Positions 24,281 through 37,258 are shown, numbered from the whole stretch's first letter. The stretch is DNA of 62,936 nucleotides, filler included, from Rhabdomonas costata (GCA_019059605.1; 41 parts of 41 records of this genome joined end to end with filler, not necessarily neighbours in it), one strand, 5' to 3'. The notes: a model not told the origin generated them from the sequence alone. Program-made: numbers and translations.

Positions 24281-24869
24281 GTGTGTGTGTGCTTACTCTG
24301 CACCTCTCGACCTCTCGGATGGACCTGGACCTCTTGGATCTCACAGCGGGTCCAGAATTGTTCCTTCTGAGAGATGGGGGACACGGGCGTTCTGATGTAG
24401 TGCAATCTGACGTTCGATCTTGGTGTCTGTGAACGGTTTGAATATTGGAAAACAAAAATGGTGATCCTCACGAGCATGCCCCCCCACCCACCCCCAAACA
24501 CACCCACCACNNNNNNNNNNNNNNNNNNNNNNNNNNNNNNNNNNNNNNNNNNNNTTAATTAATTAANNNNNNNNNNNNNNNNNNNNNNNNNNNNNNNNNN
24601 NNNNNNNNNNGTTGGTTTGGAAGGCACAGCAGCACAGATCACTCCAGACGGAGCAGACACTATCGAAAAAGAAGCTATTCAGGATCGAACAAATGGGCAG
24701 CTGTGCAGTACTGCGGTTGTGAATAGCTTCTTTTTCGATAGTGTCTGCTCCGTCTGGAGTGATCTGTGCTGCTGTGCCTTCCAAGGTGCACTGCTGTCGC
24801 TCATCGGAATGGGTGCCCGTTCACAGCCCTCGTCCTCCTTTGCCCTCCTTTGTTTTGGTGGATGCACAG

Positions 24870-25979
24870 GCCACGGGGACGCCCTGCCGAATCCACTGCA
24901 GCGAGGGGGTGTACCGCGACATCAGTACTTTGCCCGACAGCCCCTTTGTGTGGGAGAAGCCCCACAGCACCTTCGCGAAGGGGTTCGGCAACGTGCAGAC
25001 CTACTTCGTGCGCGGAACGCACGCCCCGGTGCCGAAGGACCTGCTGAACAACCTGATGCTAGAGCCTCACCTGGTACGCTTTCGACTCTTGCGTCTGCTC
25101 AACTGGGCCCTCATTTTTACGCACCTTGTTGCACCAAGCGGCGAACGGCACTCCTCTGTCCTGGACCACGCCTCCTTCGGGTCCTTCCTGTGGAAGTTGG
25201 GATGAGCAAGACGGAGAGGGAGAGAGTAGACCTTCCCCTTCCCGGCATCCGATGTCTCCGCGGGAGAGTCTTAGTAGTCACTAGACTTATTGGTTGTGTC
25301 ATGTGCGAATAGGACCTGTAGGGGTTCCGTACTGGGCCCCACGGGGAAATCGAGCCTAGGAGGGATCCCCGCCACATTTCCGCCTTTCCACCTGCTGTAC
25401 CTCCGGTTCGTGTTGGCTGTGGTTTACACTTTACCCAAGGCAGTGTGCAGAGTGAAGAAGTTCGTTTTTGCCTGTGTGGTGCTGGTGTGTTGCTAGTATG
25501 TCTGGCTAGGATTACGCTCGAACCGCAACCACAGCTCAAACAAGTTGGCATACATTAGGCCTTCGGCCATCCCGTAAAGAAAACGCCTGTCTAATTTCTA
25601 AGTGGAGGGCTTCCCCGCACCGTTGGACAGCATGGGGATTCCTGTCTATAGCCAGCCCACCGGGCCTTAAGGGGTTCCGCGAATTCGCAGTGCTGCAGCT
25701 GTACCCCCTTACCATCAACAAGCGTATGTGGTTCAACAACCAAGGCAACACACACATGTGCCCCTTGGCAGCAGGCGAGTGCAGGAGGTCACTGTTCCAC
25801 ACCAGCCAACGCTATACGCAATAGACACGCACAAACATGCAACTGAAAGACTCGCCCATACATCAAAGGGGTATTTCAGCTTTGAGGCGGGCGCCTCGAA
25901 GGCACCCGCGGGAGCCCCGCGCGGGGGTGGGGCGGACCGCCCTACCATCGTAGATGCCCTCCTGCCCTCGGAGTCCAAG
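24870..25979 (+). CDS. Class III adenylate/guanylate cyclase, C-terminal catalytic part (exons 24870-25073, 25869-25979)
   Basis: ATGTPCRIHCSEGVY...FAKGFGNVQTYFV resembles the cyclase GxPGRIHxSE...KGKGxxxTYF motif. Confidence 0.8.
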
Positions 25980-26162
25980 GTTCACCACAACCGCCCCACC
26001 ACCGCGGGCAGCGCTGCAGCCCACCACCCACCCAAACACACCCACACNNNNNNNNNNNNNNNNNNNNNNNNNNNNNNNNNNNNNNNNNNNNTTAATTAAT
26101 TAANNNNNNNNNNNNNNNNNNNNNNNNNNNNNNNNNNNNNNNNNNNNTGTGCATTTGCATAC

Positions 26163-27285
26163 CGCGTGGAATCGCTGGAACAGCTCTCTGAAGCAGATTG
26201 TCACCTTGGACTTGGGAACGGCATCTCTGCCCTCCATATAAAAGTCGAGGCTGGGCACGCCCTCCAGCTCGCACATGATACGCTCCACACGCCGGAGGAA
26301 GCGGTCGAACTGGTCAAGGTCCTGGAAAGAACACAACCAAGGTAAAGGGCACCGACACCTTGCGAGATGTACTGTCACATCGAACTGTATCACGCCATGC
26401 CCTGCAACATCATACCACAATGGATGCAATGCCACACCATGCCGTTTCATGACACCACACCAGATTTCTCCATGCGGCACAGCTAGCCAGACATGAAATA
26501 AGAGCGCAAGAAGGGGTGCTGGGAAGGTCGCTTGAAGACACCGTCCATGACTCCTTGTAGTTCAACCCGTTGAACTTCTGCACGTCGTCCTGAGAGGTGC
26601 TGTGGTGATAGTCGTACACGTGCGCGTTGAGCTGCACCACGCCTTCGGACGCCAGCGAGGTGTCCATGGTCTCCAGGGTGGGGATCATCCCGGAGTCTAG
26701 GAAGATCCCCTGGCACACCGACTGCAGAAGCTCCGCCTGTCATAAAGAAAGGAGAATCGAAGGACAGGCACGGAGGGAACGGGGCAACCCAAGCTGTGAA
26801 GCCTCCTCATACGACGCTTTGCCCCATCTGTCTCCGTTCTCTTTGCCACTTTGCCACATGTGGATGTGGACCAAACCTCTTGGAAGCGGATGATGCATCG
26901 CTGAGGTTAAGACAGCAACCCCCAGACAATGCATTTACGGGACTCTTTTCGCAGAAGTTAGACATTGCCCGTTTCACCTCAAAACGGCGAGGTGGAGGAA
27001 TGTTCCAACAAAGGAGACATTTCGGACATACAGAGGTTTAGAGAGGGGAAATTTTTTCGAACCACAATACAGATCCGAAAGCATCTCAGAGGACTGCCAA
27101 ATCGACAATTCGACCCTCCGCGCTTCGCACCATGCTCATAGAACACAGAACACAGAGGTGTGGCTCCACCTGGGTGCTGTAGTCATCCCCTCGGCCGTTA
27201 ACCGCCGCAAAGGGAGAGCGGGACTCGTACCGCAGGGCCGCCTTCTCGAGGTCGTGCAAAAAGGGAGCCGCCCCTTCGCCCTCTC
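26163..27285 (-). CDS. DDX60-like Ski2-family helicase, C-terminal exons (27285-27170, 26736-26542, 26321-26163)
   Basis: RSPFAAVNGRGDDYSTQ|AELLQSVCQGIFLDSGMIP...LNAHVYDY...NGLNYKESWT|DLDQF...KVTICFRELFQRF resembles the DDX60-family C-terminus; phase-0 junctions. Confidence 0.75.
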
Positions 27286-27988
27286 CTGCACACAGGAATC
27301 GAATTCGAAAAGCTTCCCCATGCTTCTTAAACTTCACTCTTTCTTTAATATATCATCAACCAAATACATTACAGACTCGTGCACCCCAGAGAGTGGGGCG
27401 AGGCTGCATTCGATTGATATGGACACTGAGGTGGGGCAGGCGGCAAGAGGCCAGGGAGCATTAAACGCTGCATAAACGTAAACAAAAACATAATATTTTC
27501 GGTGTTCGTTTTCGCCCGGGTTCATGTTTAGGTATCCCTCCCAGTGGAGGTTTGGAACCAGCTCTTCTGCCTGCGGGTTCGGGGNNNNNNNNNNNNNNNN
27601 NNNNNNNNNNNNNNNNNNNNNNNNNNNNTTAATTAATTAANNNNNNNNNNNNNNNNNNNNNNNNNNNNNNNNNNNNNNNNNNNNGGGTTGTGTGAACAAC
27701 CGTTTGTGGGGGGTTGCCTGCTGTTTGCCGAGGATGGTTTTTATTTGATTTAAAAAATTTAATAGAAGCGTCCAATTCCGCCCCGAAAAAATCAGGGAAA
27801 AGATTACAGTTAACACCGAAAATAAGTCGATAAGACAGAATACACAGTCGTCTTTTTCACCTCACTTTAACCAGGGAGGGAGGTAAACACGGCCGAGGGC
27901 AGGTGTGCAACTCTGCACCCGCCAGATCTGTTGTGAAGGACGTGCTCCTATACCCCTGTTACCCCAGGTATATATTTGTATACCCCAG

Positions 27989-28778
27989 GTCCGCACCCCT
28001 CTCAACGCCCTGCTGGCGTGCTGCACCCTTCTCAACGACACCAACCTCAGCGCGGATCAGAGCGAACTCGTTCGGCTGATGCTCTCCAGTGGCTCTCAAA
28101 TCACCAATAACATCGACTACGTCCTGGTATGCCTCTGCGTGTTCTCGTGGCTTTTGCCGCTTTTGACAAAACGTGAAATTTCAGCAGATCTGACCCAGTT
28201 TTGTCCGAAGGTTCGCAGAGGTGCTTGGAGAAGATTTTATGAGGTTACTGGGATGGATTTGTGTTCCCCACAGGCTCGCCCCTGCCCATGTGGATCAAAA
28301 AAGAGCTTCCATCTCCTGTCTCTTACATTCTCTGGAGAGCAGGGGATGCGAATGCGTTTGTACCGATACGGGGGGAAACTCGGGGGTGCAAGCTTCATTT
28401 AAGCTTAATTTTTACAACGTGGAGGTTGCGAAGCATTTCGTAGATGGATACTGACGGTTCGATAAAGATGCAATTTTCAAACACACATCCTTTCGCTGCG
28501 GTTAGGGGTTATCGATGAATTTTTGAGAAGCAGATTTTGGTACCGCGAATACGGACAGAAGGGTGCCCCCCCCCCAAAAAAAAGGAGCTGGCCCGGCTGG
28601 AGGCCAACAGCGTAGCACTGCAGAACAAGCCCTTCAGCATGGCCGAGGTGTGCCAGGCCGCGCTGGACATGGTGCGGCACCAAGCCACCGCGAAGGGGGT
28701 GCAGCTGGTGCTGGCAGGCGGGGAGGACCTTCCCTTGCTGCTGGGCGACGAGAGCAGGCTGCGGCAAGTTCTGATGAA
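27989..28778 (+). CDS. Sensor histidine kinase, HisKA and start of HATPase (exons 27989-28126, 28585-28778)
   Basis: VRTPLNALL...IDYVL|ELARLEA...LLGDESRLRQVLM: H-box tail and N-box. Confidence 0.9.
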
Positions 28779-28929
28779 GTGCGTTCTCAGTTTCTGTTAG
28801 TGTGCATGGCGAGGATTCTGTTTTGTACCATCCGGAGTGACGCCGGCCCCCTGGTGACGATATGAGTTTTGTGGGGTTCTGGCGATCGGAAGCAATTTTC
28901 GGCATATCATCATCAAAATTAGGCATACC

Positions 28930-29108
28930 TTCCTTTTGTACTCCCCCCGTGTGCATGGCTCCCTAACCCGTGTAAATTGCGGGGGGGGGGGGCGTACCCC
29001 CGCAGATGTACCACTGGGGAGCGTGTATGGCGACCTAACCCTGTGCAAATCTTCTATCATCATAAAGCGTCAACATCCTCCAAAATTTCTGGGGGAGTAC
29101 AAAAGGAA
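28930..29108. mobile_element. Putative ~180-bp MITE with 18-bp TIR
   Basis: TTCCTTTTGTACTCCCCC ... GGGGGAGTACAAAAGGAA; close to the contig end, so an artefact is possible. Confidence 0.4.
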
Positions 29109-29756
29109 AGCTGTGCAAACANNNNNNNNNNNNNNNNNNNNNNNNNNNNNNNNNNNNNNNNNNNNTTAATTAATTAANNNNNNNNNNNNNNNNNNNNNNN
29201 NNNNNNNNNNNNNNNNNNNNNGGGGGTGTGGGTGAGGGAGGGTTGGCCCTGCACCCCCTCCTAATGAATTACATCGATCATCTTTCGCGGCGATTCTGAG
29301 GAGGCTTATATAAATTCGGGTGGAGGGTTGTCCAGCTGGTTATGAATATTCCGGCTCTTGTAATCGGGGAGTTCAGTATCGTGACACTTGCCGACTTTCT
29401 TGTGTATCGCCCTTGTTTGACCACTTGTCCTATTGATTGAGTCGGGATCCTGTTGCCTGTCATTTTGATATGTTCATCAACGATCGCCTGAAAATTAACT
29501 CCTTTCCGGCGTCAGCCTTCTTGCCCCTAATCAGCGGTGCCAGTAAAAGTGGACTTGAAGATAGGGTTGCGTTTTTTGAGGTAATGAGTCTGAGTGAGAA
29601 GACCTCCATCCAGCTAATCACAAATGTCAGTGAGGCACAAAAAACAGGGGTACTCAGCATAGAAGCTCAGGTGCGCACGCAAAAGCGCGGCGCTGTTGTT
29701 TTTCGTAGCTGCACTGGTGCGTTGAAGGCGGCGTGGGGACGGGGACTGTCTCTCAG

Positions 29757-30634
29757 GTCAACCGGGCGCCCTGCCTGGACATCTGCTGCCCCATGGATGC
29801 GCAGATCAACCATGGCGCAATGACGGAGGCCCTGAGGCTGGTTGCCGAGCACCGCCAGTCACTTCTGCGGCGGCCCAAAGACCCTCTTGGAAGCAGCATC
29901 GACTATGGTGAAGGTGGGGGGTTTGGTGCCCCTTCTGGCAACTCCCCTGGTACTTGTTTATGCAAACTCACGCCTTTTATAGACCTTTTGTATGCACCCA
30001 GCTTGAAGTTGCTCCACTGTGATACTTCCCTCGAAACGTGTTTCGAAACACCGAAGCTTCAGAGATCCGCTTTTCACATGATTTTGGGTTTGAAGTTTCG
30101 ATCGTTGACCAATCGGTAGCCGTGTGTCAGCCAAAGGCCAAATGTGGCCCATTTTAGATCACAAGTGAAAGACCAAAAGCTACAAACCCCCAGCACATCC
30201 GGGAAACCTCGACCTATCCCCTGAAAAAGAAACCCGAGCTCAGGAGCTTCCAGACCCACAAGAACCAAGTATTCGGATAGGCAACGTGAGACTTCTGTTT
30301 CATCGCTGTTGACGATTTGGTACTCTGCTTCGCATTCGTGTTGGCACATGCAATATTAGTCCTCTTGTACCGCTTGTCAGCGGGTGATTAACATTACCCT
30401 ATTGAGGAGTGCCCATGTTGATGGAGTAGAGTCTGGAGGGCTTTATTCTAGAGATACCACCTAACTCAAGAATTCATTCAGAGTAGGGTTCTGAGATTTA
30501 CATCCAACGGGGTTTCTTGGGGCGGTTCTTAATTGTTCGGACTCACTACAAAACTTTTGCTGTGTGTGTATGTGTGTAGATTCCGGCTCAGCGAGCCCTA
30601 CCTCTCCCGCGGTGCCCCTGGCCACTGTCCTACC
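29757..30634 (+). CDS. Tubulin-tyrosine-ligase-like (TTLL) protein, exons 29757-29913 and 30580 onward
   Basis: VNRAPCLDICCPMDAQINHGAMTEALRLV fits the (E)VNxxP..D..I...D.L.LV end of the TTL domain; phase-1 junction. Confidence 0.65.
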
Positions 30635-30942
30635 CCCCCAACCACACCCAACACNNNNNNNNNNNNNNNNNNNNNNNNNNNNNNNNNNNNNNNNNNNNTT
30701 AATTAATTAANNNNNNNNNNNNNNNNNNNNNNNNNNNNNNNNNNNNNNNNNNNNTGTTTTTTGTAGTATAGCATGGGTATTTGGACCGTGTTTTCTTCTT
30801 CTGTCACTGCTTCATTGGCCAAGTAATAATCATGTGGGGCCATTTTTACAATAACTAAAGATAACATCCGATTAGACTTGTACTTCTCTTGTTCCTCGGG
30901 TGTCCCATCCTCTTGCCCGTGTCTCTGTTGACAATTCTACAG

Positions 30943-32130
30943 AGCCCTGCCCCCTCTCATACCGCGGCCGCTGCCGCTTCTGCCGCCCACCACTTCACCG
31001 TCGACCTGGGATCCTTTCAGCAGTCCGTGGTCCTTCCCGGGGGCCTCGCGGACAGCATCACAGTGGACATGTCCGCGCTGGCGCCCCCAGAGCAGGTGCC
31101 CGCCCCAATCGCCGCGCTGGGGCGGTCCATGGAGGGCTCGCAGACCGACGTCACCAATCTAACGGCGCTGCTGGCCCACCCCGCGGGGGAGGCCTCGTCG
31201 TCCTCTGTTGTCATTCCCGCGCGGCGGGCGCTGAGAGCGCTAAGCACGGTGCGGACGCTGGCGAACCGGCGAGCCATGTCCCTTGGAAGGCCCGGGTTGT
31301 TTAGCAGTAACTGACACTGGCATCCAATCCCTTTACTTCCGCAGGGGGTTGCGCTTCAGCCACCCACCTCGACTTAAAAGAGCCGACATGTTGGGACGAG
31401 ACAAGTTTGTGCACATGCAGAATGCACACCCGGATCGGAGGTAACTCTCGCAAAAGAGGGTTTTTTGTACTTAATTCTGCTCTTGATGTACAGTTGCTTT
31501 ACACCTGCATGAATAGTTTGTCGTTAGGTTGTGGTGCGATTTTGGAACTGGGTTCGTGAATGGTGGGTATGCGGTGGGGATCTTCGTTCAGTCAAACTGA
31601 AGTCGCGTGAGTCGCTTGCGGGGAGCGATTCCTCAATCGAAACAAAGATAGGATTCGACATGACTGGGTCTCTCCAGACATCACGTCAGCTGTCCCAGGA
31701 AATCGACAGGCCAATCCGAACGCGTGGCTGATCTATATAGTCCAATTGCCTGCGTCCGTTGCTTGATTTTTGAGCTCACCCACTCATTTTGTTAATTTGA
31801 TATGCCATTCTATCTCCTCACTGAGCTGCTATCGTTTACCCGTCATCATCATCCCTGCGATCACCTTTTTTCCAACTCTGGTGCGCATTGCCCCTGTGGC
31901 TGTGCTTGAACAGCGTGCTCTTATTTTTTCCTCTGCTTTGCCCGTTCACTGGTGCTCTTTCCCGCTACAACTCATTGAGAATGTCAGTTCCTCTCCCCAC
32001 GCGGAAGCTGCGGCATCACGAGAAGTCGCTGAGCAATTATGACATCTTTTGGTACCGCAATGACGCCAAGGACAACCAGATGGTGATCAACTTTGTGTAC
32101 TACCTGGACAAGAACGTGGGCCTGAAGGGG
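30943..32130 (+). CDS. Unknown protein, exons ~30943-31295 and ~31980-32130
   Basis: GC3-rich open segments with splice sites; LSNYDIFWYRNDAKDNQMVINFVYYLDKNVGLKG not recognised. Confidence 0.55.
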
Positions 32131-32291
32131 GTACTCTTTTCTCATCCGTTTCCCTCCCTCCCTCTTTCGCCTTTTCCGTGTCACCACAACANNNNNNNNN
32201 NNNNNNNNNNNNNNNNNNNNNNNNNNNNNNNNNNNTTAATTAATTAANNNNNNNNNNNNNNNNNNNNNNNNNNNNNNNNNNNNNNNNNNNN

Positions 32292-32350
32292 GAGCTAAGC
32301 CGAAGGAGGCCTGGGGTCTTTTGTATATACAGCAGGCCTCCCGAAACGCT
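32292..32350 (+). mobile_element. Second copy of the MITE terminus seen at 34349-34652
   Basis: CTAAGCCGAAGGAGGCCTGGGGTCTTTTGTATATACAGCAGGCCTCCCGAAACGCTG closely matches both arms on a different contig. Confidence 0.75.
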
Positions 32351-32992
32351 GAGAGGAGAAATACATAAAGAGACGGAAAGCATGATACTGAGAAGACCAG
32401 AGGTCTACTGAACCACGCAACCACAAAAGGTTCCAAACGATCAATGAAGCAAAACGAATTCGCGCAGCAAGAGCCGCACCGTCAGCCAAGCAAGTTGGCT
32501 CCAGACTCTCCGTGCACTCTGACAAATTTATTTGCGAAATTCCATTCATGGGTCTACAAGGAAGCCGAGCCGCGAACAAATTGCCAGAGCTGTCCCATAG
32601 TTCGGCTTTGGCTAAGCCCTCGTCGACCACTCCTTCCAATTTCGTAAAATACTACACTTTATACTTTATGCAACCTATCTCGGGTAGAAAGCAAAGCCAA
32701 AGCAGACCTGAGGTTTTTTTTGTTTATAGCATGCCTCCTGAAACGCTGCTTTGTCCTTGGGTCAGAGGATTCTCGTTCTTTCACCCTCCGCCGGGGGTGG
32801 TGCCCCGTGGCGGCTCTTTCGCATCTATGTTGTGCCGATTCATGCCCTCACGCAGCGGGGGGTTTACGACAGCACCCACAACGAACTTCATAAAAAACCA
32901 ACCACGACAAAAGGGCTCAGTAACTGGCTCTTGGCCGCCTGCAGGCCCCCAATTTTTGTAATCTGTAATGAAAAAAGCTCAAACCTGTGCAC

Positions 32993-33300
32993 CGAATCCC
33001 TTCCGCGGTGGGTTCGCCCTCGTCGATGTCCTTGGTGTACTTCTTCAGCAGGTCCTCCATGAGGGAGACGTCCTCTGAGGTGAAGTGCAGCCCCAGTACC
33101 GGCGGGGTGGCCTCCTTGGGGGCGCGGACCCGCTCTGTGGCAAACGGAGTCTTGGAGACGCTCACCAGGTCATCGCCGTGCATCACAAACACGCCAAGGC
33201 TCTCGCAGAGCTTGTCCACGGCCTCGCGGTGGGAGACCACGAGGGAAGGCCGGAACTCAATCGTGGTTTGGTTCTCATTGAACAAAAAGTCCGCCAACAC
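32993..33300 (-). CDS. R3H-like domain exon (possibly a DEAH/YTHDC2-like helicase N-terminus)
   Basis: LADFLFNENQTTIEFRPSLVVSHREAVDKLCESLGV follows the R3H pattern, but the His is replaced; AG/GT bounded. Confidence 0.55.
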
Positions 33301-33828
33301 CTGCGCACAGCGCCATAACAAGAGCAACGGCGAGTACTTGTTAGTGGTGTGATGAGAGACGATGGAGGTCTACACTCGAAATAATTACGTAGCTTATTGG
33401 TCAAATGAGCCGTTTTTGACAACTCAAGAATTACCTAAATTGCCTGCTTCGGCATGCTCGTTCCTCTTGAGCAGATATTTCCTCCAATGGGATTGATGTT
33501 CAGCGTTCAGCACTCACAAGCATCCAGTTTCCGCCAAAAAAATCACTGGATATCACGTCTTAACCCCTATCATCCCCATCACCACCCCAATAATCTCCGG
33601 CGGCTGAGCAGGGCGGGGGGCTACGCCCCATCTACACTACCCGTCGAACAAAAAACGGCCTGCAGGAGAATTCCTCCCAAAATAGACATCCTACGCGCCA
33701 ACCCGTTGGACCCCCCCCACCCAACACCNNNNNNNNNNNNNNNNNNNNNNNNNNNNNNNNNNNNNNNNNNNNTTAATTAATTAANNNNNNNNNNNNNNNN
33801 NNNNNNNNNNNNNNNNNNNNNNNNNNNN

Positions 33829-35046
33829 AGCTCGATTATGAACCGGTGATCACGGCGTTTCAAGAGTCCGTTAATGGCTGTGCTGAGGAGACGGGGGAGA
33901 AAGTTGTTATGCTGTTTGAAAGCGGAGACCTGGGCATCTCTGCAAGGCAAGCTCGCTCTTCCCCCTTGCTCGCTCTTCTTTGCTCTGGGCCTGCTGCTGT
34001 GAGTTTCCATGCATTGGTATGGTATTGCCTCTAGCCACGAATGCAATTTTGGCATCTGGCGTCTGCTGTTTCTCGGTCTGGCTGTCCTGCGGAAGCAGGC
34101 CGAAAAATGTGTGGAAATGAGTGTCTTCCAAATCTTTGTGAAACAAAAATTTGGGATGACTGTCAACCGTGACGATTAAGTTTAAATGGCCCCCCTTTCA
34201 TAGCAGCGCAAACATTTAGCTATATTTTTTTAAATATATTTCGAAAATGCAACTTATCGGTGTTGTAAAATTTTCATAGTGGTGATATAGAAATTTCCAA
34301 ATTTACATGGCGGTGTTGTAGAATTATTTTTTGTAATGAAAGGTTGACGAGGGCTAAGCCGAAGCAGGCCTGGGGTCTTTTGTATATACAGTAGGCCTGT
34401 GCCCACAAAACTCACTGTGCTGCCTCCACTATAACGAAAAAGGTCCCCGAGGTGAGCTCAGTTGGTCTCGCAGGGGTTACGGGACGGTGCACGTGTTTCG
34501 GCACCACATTCTTTTTGAAATGCTATGAAATTTTCATTAATTTTTCTATTTGAAAAATTTCACATCTCCTGACCCCAAGGACCGGCCACGCAGCGTTTCG
34601 GGAGGCCTGCTGTATATACAAAAGATACCAGGCCTGCTTCGGCTTAGTCCTCTTCTCTCCCCATTCCACATCTGTGCCACAAAGTATTGAATTTTATAGC
34701 ATCGCCACAGAATTTAAGGGAAAATTCTTATGTCACCGCTATGAAGAGGGGGGGATCCTGTTGACAAACCAAACCCCAACTGTGAATCAGTGACAATTAT
34801 TCCGTTTCACCATTCCGTTTGGCCGTCCATTGGCCGCACGACTCTTTTGTTCCCTGGTCTCGTTGGTACAGGGCTGTTGCCGCCGAGTTTGCGCGGCTCG
34901 TGCGGTGCTGCAGAGACCAGAGTTCCCAACCTGAGGAACTTTTTGAGACGGATCTTTTGACATCGACCCACGTGCTGCTACCAGAGCTAGTGGTGCACTG
35001 GGTGGTCTTGTACTGGCGCTGCCTTCGCTCCTGCATGACCACAAAA
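33829..35046 (+). CDS. Unknown protein, exons to 33946 and 34872-~35046, joined by a probable GC-AG intron
   Basis: LFESGDLGISA(R)|AVAAEFARLVRCC; AAG|GCAAGC donor and CAG acceptor are both phase 2. Confidence 0.55.
34349..34652. mobile_element. ~300-bp MITE with ~50-bp TIRs
   Basis: GAGGGCTAAGCCGAAGCAGGCCTGGGGTCTTTTGTATATACAG...CTGTATATACAAAAGATACCAGGCCTGCTTCGGCTTAGTCCTC; imperfect, mid-contig, with a second copy at 32292. Confidence 0.8.
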
Positions 35047-35577
35047 GTATTGCCCGCGCCAGCGATGTTTCCTTGGGGAAATCTGCTGTGAAATATTGGG
35101 TTTCGGCAGCTAGTGACATGGCATTCTCTCGAGACACACGACTTAAAGGAGGGGGGAGGTTCAGGAAACTTTCCGCCCTTTTCCGACATTAAAACAACTA
35201 GTGTAGCGCTACATCTCGCCTTTGAAGTTCCTCAGGTTGGGAACTCTGGTCTCTGCAACACCACACNNNNNNNNNNNNNNNNNNNNNNNNNNNNNNNNNN
35301 NNNNNNNNNNTTAATTAATTAANNNNNNNNNNNNNNNNNNNNNNNNNNNNNNNNNNNNNNNNNNNNTTTTTGGTGGACAAAGTGTGTTGGCTGCGTCTTC
35401 AATACAACACGAGCCATCACCGTTGAGGACTGAGCTTGTGATAAACCAGAAATCTTCAACGGGAGTACAGTAGTCTACAATACATCTGTCCACGTCTGCG
35501 GCGGAAAGGGTTCGGCAGTTCGTTGTTGGGTTGCAATGTCGGTCCTGGAAGGAGGGATCGGGGGAGGGAAAACACAC

Positions 35578-36525
35578 CTCAAAGACTTGGATGCACTTGA
35601 ACAGGAATGCCTCGACGGGCTGCAGCTTCAGCGCGGCGGCCTGATTGCGGAGGGCACTCATGAGGCTGCCGTAGTCCACGGCCGGGATCACAACCTTGGG
35701 GAAAAGATCAGAAATGATGCCGTTGAACAGCTCAATATCGTCGCGGAGGAACTTCGGGACGTTGGAGTCGCGCAGGGCGCGCAGCAGCAGCACGTCCTCG
35801 CTCTCGTCGGGGTAGTCCCTCTTCATCAGTCCCGCCGCGGAGATAACTGAAAGAGACACACGGCAACAAGCCTACCCACCCACCCAACATGCCAACCATG
35901 AAAGTAAGTAAGTAAAAAATCCCTCGAAGTCTCGACACGTGTGCAGAGTCCGTTGTTGTCCGTTGTTGTCCGTTGTTGTCACTCCTGGAAGAGGTGAAAC
36001 TCACAGAAAGGACGAACAAAATATCAGAATATTATTTCAAACGAGCTTCCGTTTTCGATTCAAAAGGCTGCATAAAAATAGCCACACCGGAGCTTTCACA
36101 TAAAGAAGGGAAACTGAGCATAATCTAAAACCTGCTGATGAGAACTTCACTTGAGAGACTATTTAAGGGTTCTTCTTGGAACAGGGTCCCCCCAAAAAAA
36201 GGGCGCGGCATTCAAAAAAAGCTGGAGCGAAAAGGAGGCAGTTCCAACCCTTCACGGACAGTGAGGGGGGTGCAGGAAGGTCGCTCCCTCCGCACTGGAA
36301 GGATTAGCTCATAAAGAAAATACACACCAGTGTTCACAGCGCGCATCCCGAAGTCGTAGTGGTCCTGCGACGAGAGCTGCTCGGAGCTCAGCCGGAACGT
36401 CGCCACCATCTTCTTCGCCAGCTGGCGGCTGTTGGAGTACCCAAAACTGAACAGGCGGATCTCCCCGATCATCGCGTAGTCCGGCACCATGCACGCCACG
36501 GGGCGGAACAGCGCCTTCAGGTTGT
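35578..36525 (-). CDS. DNAH: Axonemal dynein heavy chain, AAA1 region (exons 36525-36328, 35846-35578)
   Basis: DNLKALFRPVACMVPDYAMIGEI...LSSEQLSSQDHYDFGMRAV...LLLRALRDSNVPKFLRDDIELFNGIISDLFP. Confidence 0.97.
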
Positions 36526-37258
36526 CTGCCGCATAGGACACCCACACCCACTTACTTGTCATGACCACAGACTTGCACCAATTACTCGGCCAGTCTACGT
36601 GGGCACACCGGCAGATGCCAACCGTGACAGCAAGTTGAACGACAACCACGACGGACCAGGTGGCAACTCGTGACAGGAGTGGATGGGACAGGACTTTAAT
36701 TGAGATGGAATTCCGTCACAGTGCAAGTGAAAAACAGCTTCGGGTTTCCACTTAGCCTCCCTCTCAGGATCTGAACGGACAACCCCAAAACGCCACCACA
36801 ACCNNNNNNNNNNNNNNNNNNNNNNNNNNNNNNNNNNNNNNNNNNNNTTAATTAATTAANNNNNNNNNNNNNNNNNNNNNNNNNNNNNNNNNNNNNNNNN
36901 NNNGGGGGGGGGGGGAAGGCTGAGGTCGGCTTTTCGCCTTTTCTGGGAGGCTTGCCATGTGAACTCGAATGTGGATGAGTTGGGGTTGTACGGGTTTAAG
37001 AGCTGGAAAAGGGCATTCTAGAGGAAAATTTCTCCCAAAGAGGTCGAAACCGCTACACACAGTACTCAAATGGACGTCGAAACTCGATAATACGTACCCC
37101 CGACCTGAAAAAAAAAACATAGAGTTAGGCCGATTTCCGGGAGGTGGAGTTTTTCACCCCTCTGAGATGGGGATGCACGTGAGCGCGGGGTGAGGAGGCA
37201 GAAGGATAGTGAATGAACGGGAAAAAGCGATAGAGTATAGCGGCTGCATTTTGGGAAC

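Noticed and set aside
24617-24784. ~65-bp perfect inverted repeat (miRNA or MITE?)
   Set aside because: Starts at the contig edge and is perfectly identical; fold-back artefact
24870-28778. Cyclase + DDX60 + histidine kinase as a clustered signalling or defence system
   Set aside because: On separate contigs; adjacency is artificial
35225-35257. Inverted copy of 34909-34941
   Set aside because: Copies exon sequence at the contig end; chimera
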